Below, one piece after another: positions 61,504 through 64,000 of a DNA stretch of 64,000 nt. Each line of letters starts with the position of its first letter. Positions within the stretch are counted from its first letter, which is position 1. The DNA lies in assembly GCF_001447785.1 (NCBI RefSeq), contig NW_015169227.1, positions 1-64,000 of the forward strand, written 5' to 3'. This DNA is from Gekko japonicus. Taxonomy: Eukaryota. The translations under genes and the position numbers were made by a program. Under the pieces are notes generated by a model that was not told the origin of the DNA, searched no databases, and was given only the letters and a program-made list of their open reading frames with translations.

Positions 61504-64000
61504 ATTAAAATGTACCTCTGTATTCAAAAGTAAACGCTTTACCGTGCAGATTTTTGTTTTAAACTTCAGAACAAATGCTTCTTGTTTTGTGTTCTAAATA
61601 CTTTTGGATATATTCTAAAGCTGCATATCTTAAAATGTCAACATAGTTTATCTGCAATTAACTTTTGGCATAAATCTATTTGGAACAATGAAGATCAAGG
61701 CCTTTGGCCATAATGTGGTTGCTTTCTCATGTTTTAACCTATCTAAACAATAGGCACAGAAATGCTTTGGGAGATTATTACCTTGGCTAACTGCATAATG
61801 TCACTGTTGTAATACAATGGTATACAAAGTTAACTGTACAAAACAGAACTGTTGGTTGATATTGAGACTGCCTTCTCAAATATAAAACACATTTTCTCTC
61901 CACTACCACTGGAACATACATTTAGACAACAAGAAAACAATTATGGATCAACTAAGCATGCCTGCTAACATGGCCAGAATCATTAGAGTATGCAAGCTAT
62001 ATTATATAAGTACAGTAAAGAAAGTTTAACAGTAAACAAAAATCTGAAAAGGCTTACTTCAGCATGAGAGGCTGAGGAAATGCAAGAGAATGAATAAAGA
62101 AGACAACAGCCATCATTTGAGATTTACACCAGTGGCAATAGAAGCGTTTGCTTTGCTCTAGGGATGGTCAGCAGGTGCAGCTAATCAGGCAAAGTGTATT
62201 ACTGTGCTTGACTATGCTATCTTCCAGCAGGGGAACATGATTTAAGTTGGAAGTCATTAAATCAGGCTTGCAAATTTGAAAAGATGATTCCTTGCCCTAT
62301 GGCTAATGGCTACGCTACATTTGCATGTCTTATGATTAATCGTAACAATGTATTAGAAAGCCAACAAAAACAACATTTTTAATAAAGGCGGAGATCATGT
62401 GATATGATACTTGATATGAAAACAAAAATATATTACATCTTAAATTCTCTGTTCCAAATATTACTAATTTAGTAGAAAGATTATTCCCAGCTTTGAAACC
62501 TCTAGTCACGAGGTAAATAAATAATCAAAACCTATACCTAAACTATCATGCTTTCTTCAGACGTTAGGCGATATGAGCAAAGCCACTATTGTTATTCAGG
62601 CATAACTATGGTTTTGTTTTCATCTTGTGGTATTTTTGAATATGAAAATTAACATTCTAATTCTACAACAGGGCAGTAAGACATGGGATTGGGCCACAGG
62701 AATTGGATGCTGATAAGGCACGACAGCTCTGACTTCATTTAAAATTGGCACAGAACTTTCCATTTATAAAGCACAGCAAAACATTTGTTGTGTTCACCCT
62801 TAAAACAGCCCCAAGAAGGATAAATAAGTGTTTACTGATGAGAAAATGAAGCCATTCTATTGATGAGAAAATTAAGGCTGCAATCCTAAACACAGATGCC
62901 TGGAAGTACATTGCACTGAAACTGAATTTCAAACGAACAGTTAAAAAGTTAAGAATTTCAGAGTCCTTCATACTTTTGGAGATGCCACTCAAAGAAATAG
63001 TGATGCCTATATGAGAAACATACACGTCTACTTGTGTACAGGCATTTGAAATCTAAACTGACTCAATAAGGATAATCTCTGTCTGAGGTGCTGGAGATCC
63101 AGTTCCAATCAGAGTGGACAGTACTGACGGCCTACTCCCTTTCCATAAGGCAGCCAAGCATGTTCTCACTGAATTCACTCTGAATGCCGTGTGTGAGCTT
63201 CACACAGGTTAAACACAGTTGGAGCAGACCAGGGACAGGTAAGAGGATAGATTGCACACATGTACCACTGGCTAGTTTCTAATTGGCTGCCTACTGCTAG
63301 GATTCTTGCAAAGAATGCTGGAATAAGTGGAGCTTCATCTGATCCAGCAAGGCACTCCAGAGATCCTCAGTTATTATTTAGGATTACTTAACACAGATTA
63401 GTTTTGAATTAATGAGTCAAGAATGCTATGTAAGTTTAAGAACACATATTGCTGAACCACAGTGATTCTAGTAAAAAAGTAGACCATACGAGACTGAATT
63501 CAGCCTTCCTTGGAGAAGGCTATAGGGAGTTTTACTACAATCTTGATTGCAAGTCCTCTAGAAACCTGCAGCTTAACTTCTGGCATAGGACTGACATATG
63601 CTGCCATTGTTTATTTATGTATTTTTACTAAATTATGTTATAATTTTAAATGTTATTTTTAATTGTTTAATTGTTTTAATGTCTTTATGTTCATCGGGGA
63701 ACCCTGAGCCAGGTGGAAAGGCAGCATAAAAATGTTTTAAATAAGTAAGCTCCAGCAAACATACGAGATAAGCCTTACATTCCAGTGTAAAGAATACTTC
63801 CTGTGCATCACAACAGCCAAAGAAGATCACCGCAAATAATTTCACATAGCAATTGCCACCCCATGGTTCATATATAGTGGTTTACCACTTGGAGAGTGCA
63901 GTTTTCTGTACACCACTGGAAGTGTGTGGTTCTATTCCCCTACCTCTCCCACACACAGATGGTGAGTGGCATTCAGTCTATAATGGTATGTGCACACACA

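Noticed and set aside
63776-63845. Phase-1 donor (GAAT|gtaagg) as another NHSL1 first exon
   Set aside because: No in-frame ATG before the upstream stop codon.

Overview
This is squamate reptile DNA, most likely a gecko, judged from Sauria SINE, Squam3-like SINE, Bov-B and CR1 content. The window covers the 5' part of NHSL1 on the minus strand. The shared exon (5296-5448, [28 protein letters not shown]...) is preceded by a series of phase-1 alternative first coding exons. Two resemble N-termini I recall for vertebrate NHSL1 isoforms (MVVFINTKLKSLIKFFKKK at 8989-9046, MFCLK at 49320-49335). Two are new candidates (13932-14049, 37250-37436). There is also a candidate frame-preserving 12-nt microexon at 41925-41936. 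The rest is intron filled with transposon fragments: DIRS/Ngaro, RTE-X-like, Bov-B, CR1, L2, tRNA- and 5S-derived SINEs, hAT/pogo/Harbinger-type MITEs and solo LTRs, often nested and with readable target-site duplications (TSDs). The two most unusual repeats are a 500-bp near-perfect palindromic element whose two internal 29-nt loops lie in direct rather than inverted orientation (59768-60267), and a TSD-bounded ORF1-only 'half-L1'-like element (50222-52755). Most ORF-track entries are spurious or transposon-derived. Repeat family names and homologies are from recall, not database searches, and repeat boundaries without TSDs are approximate.
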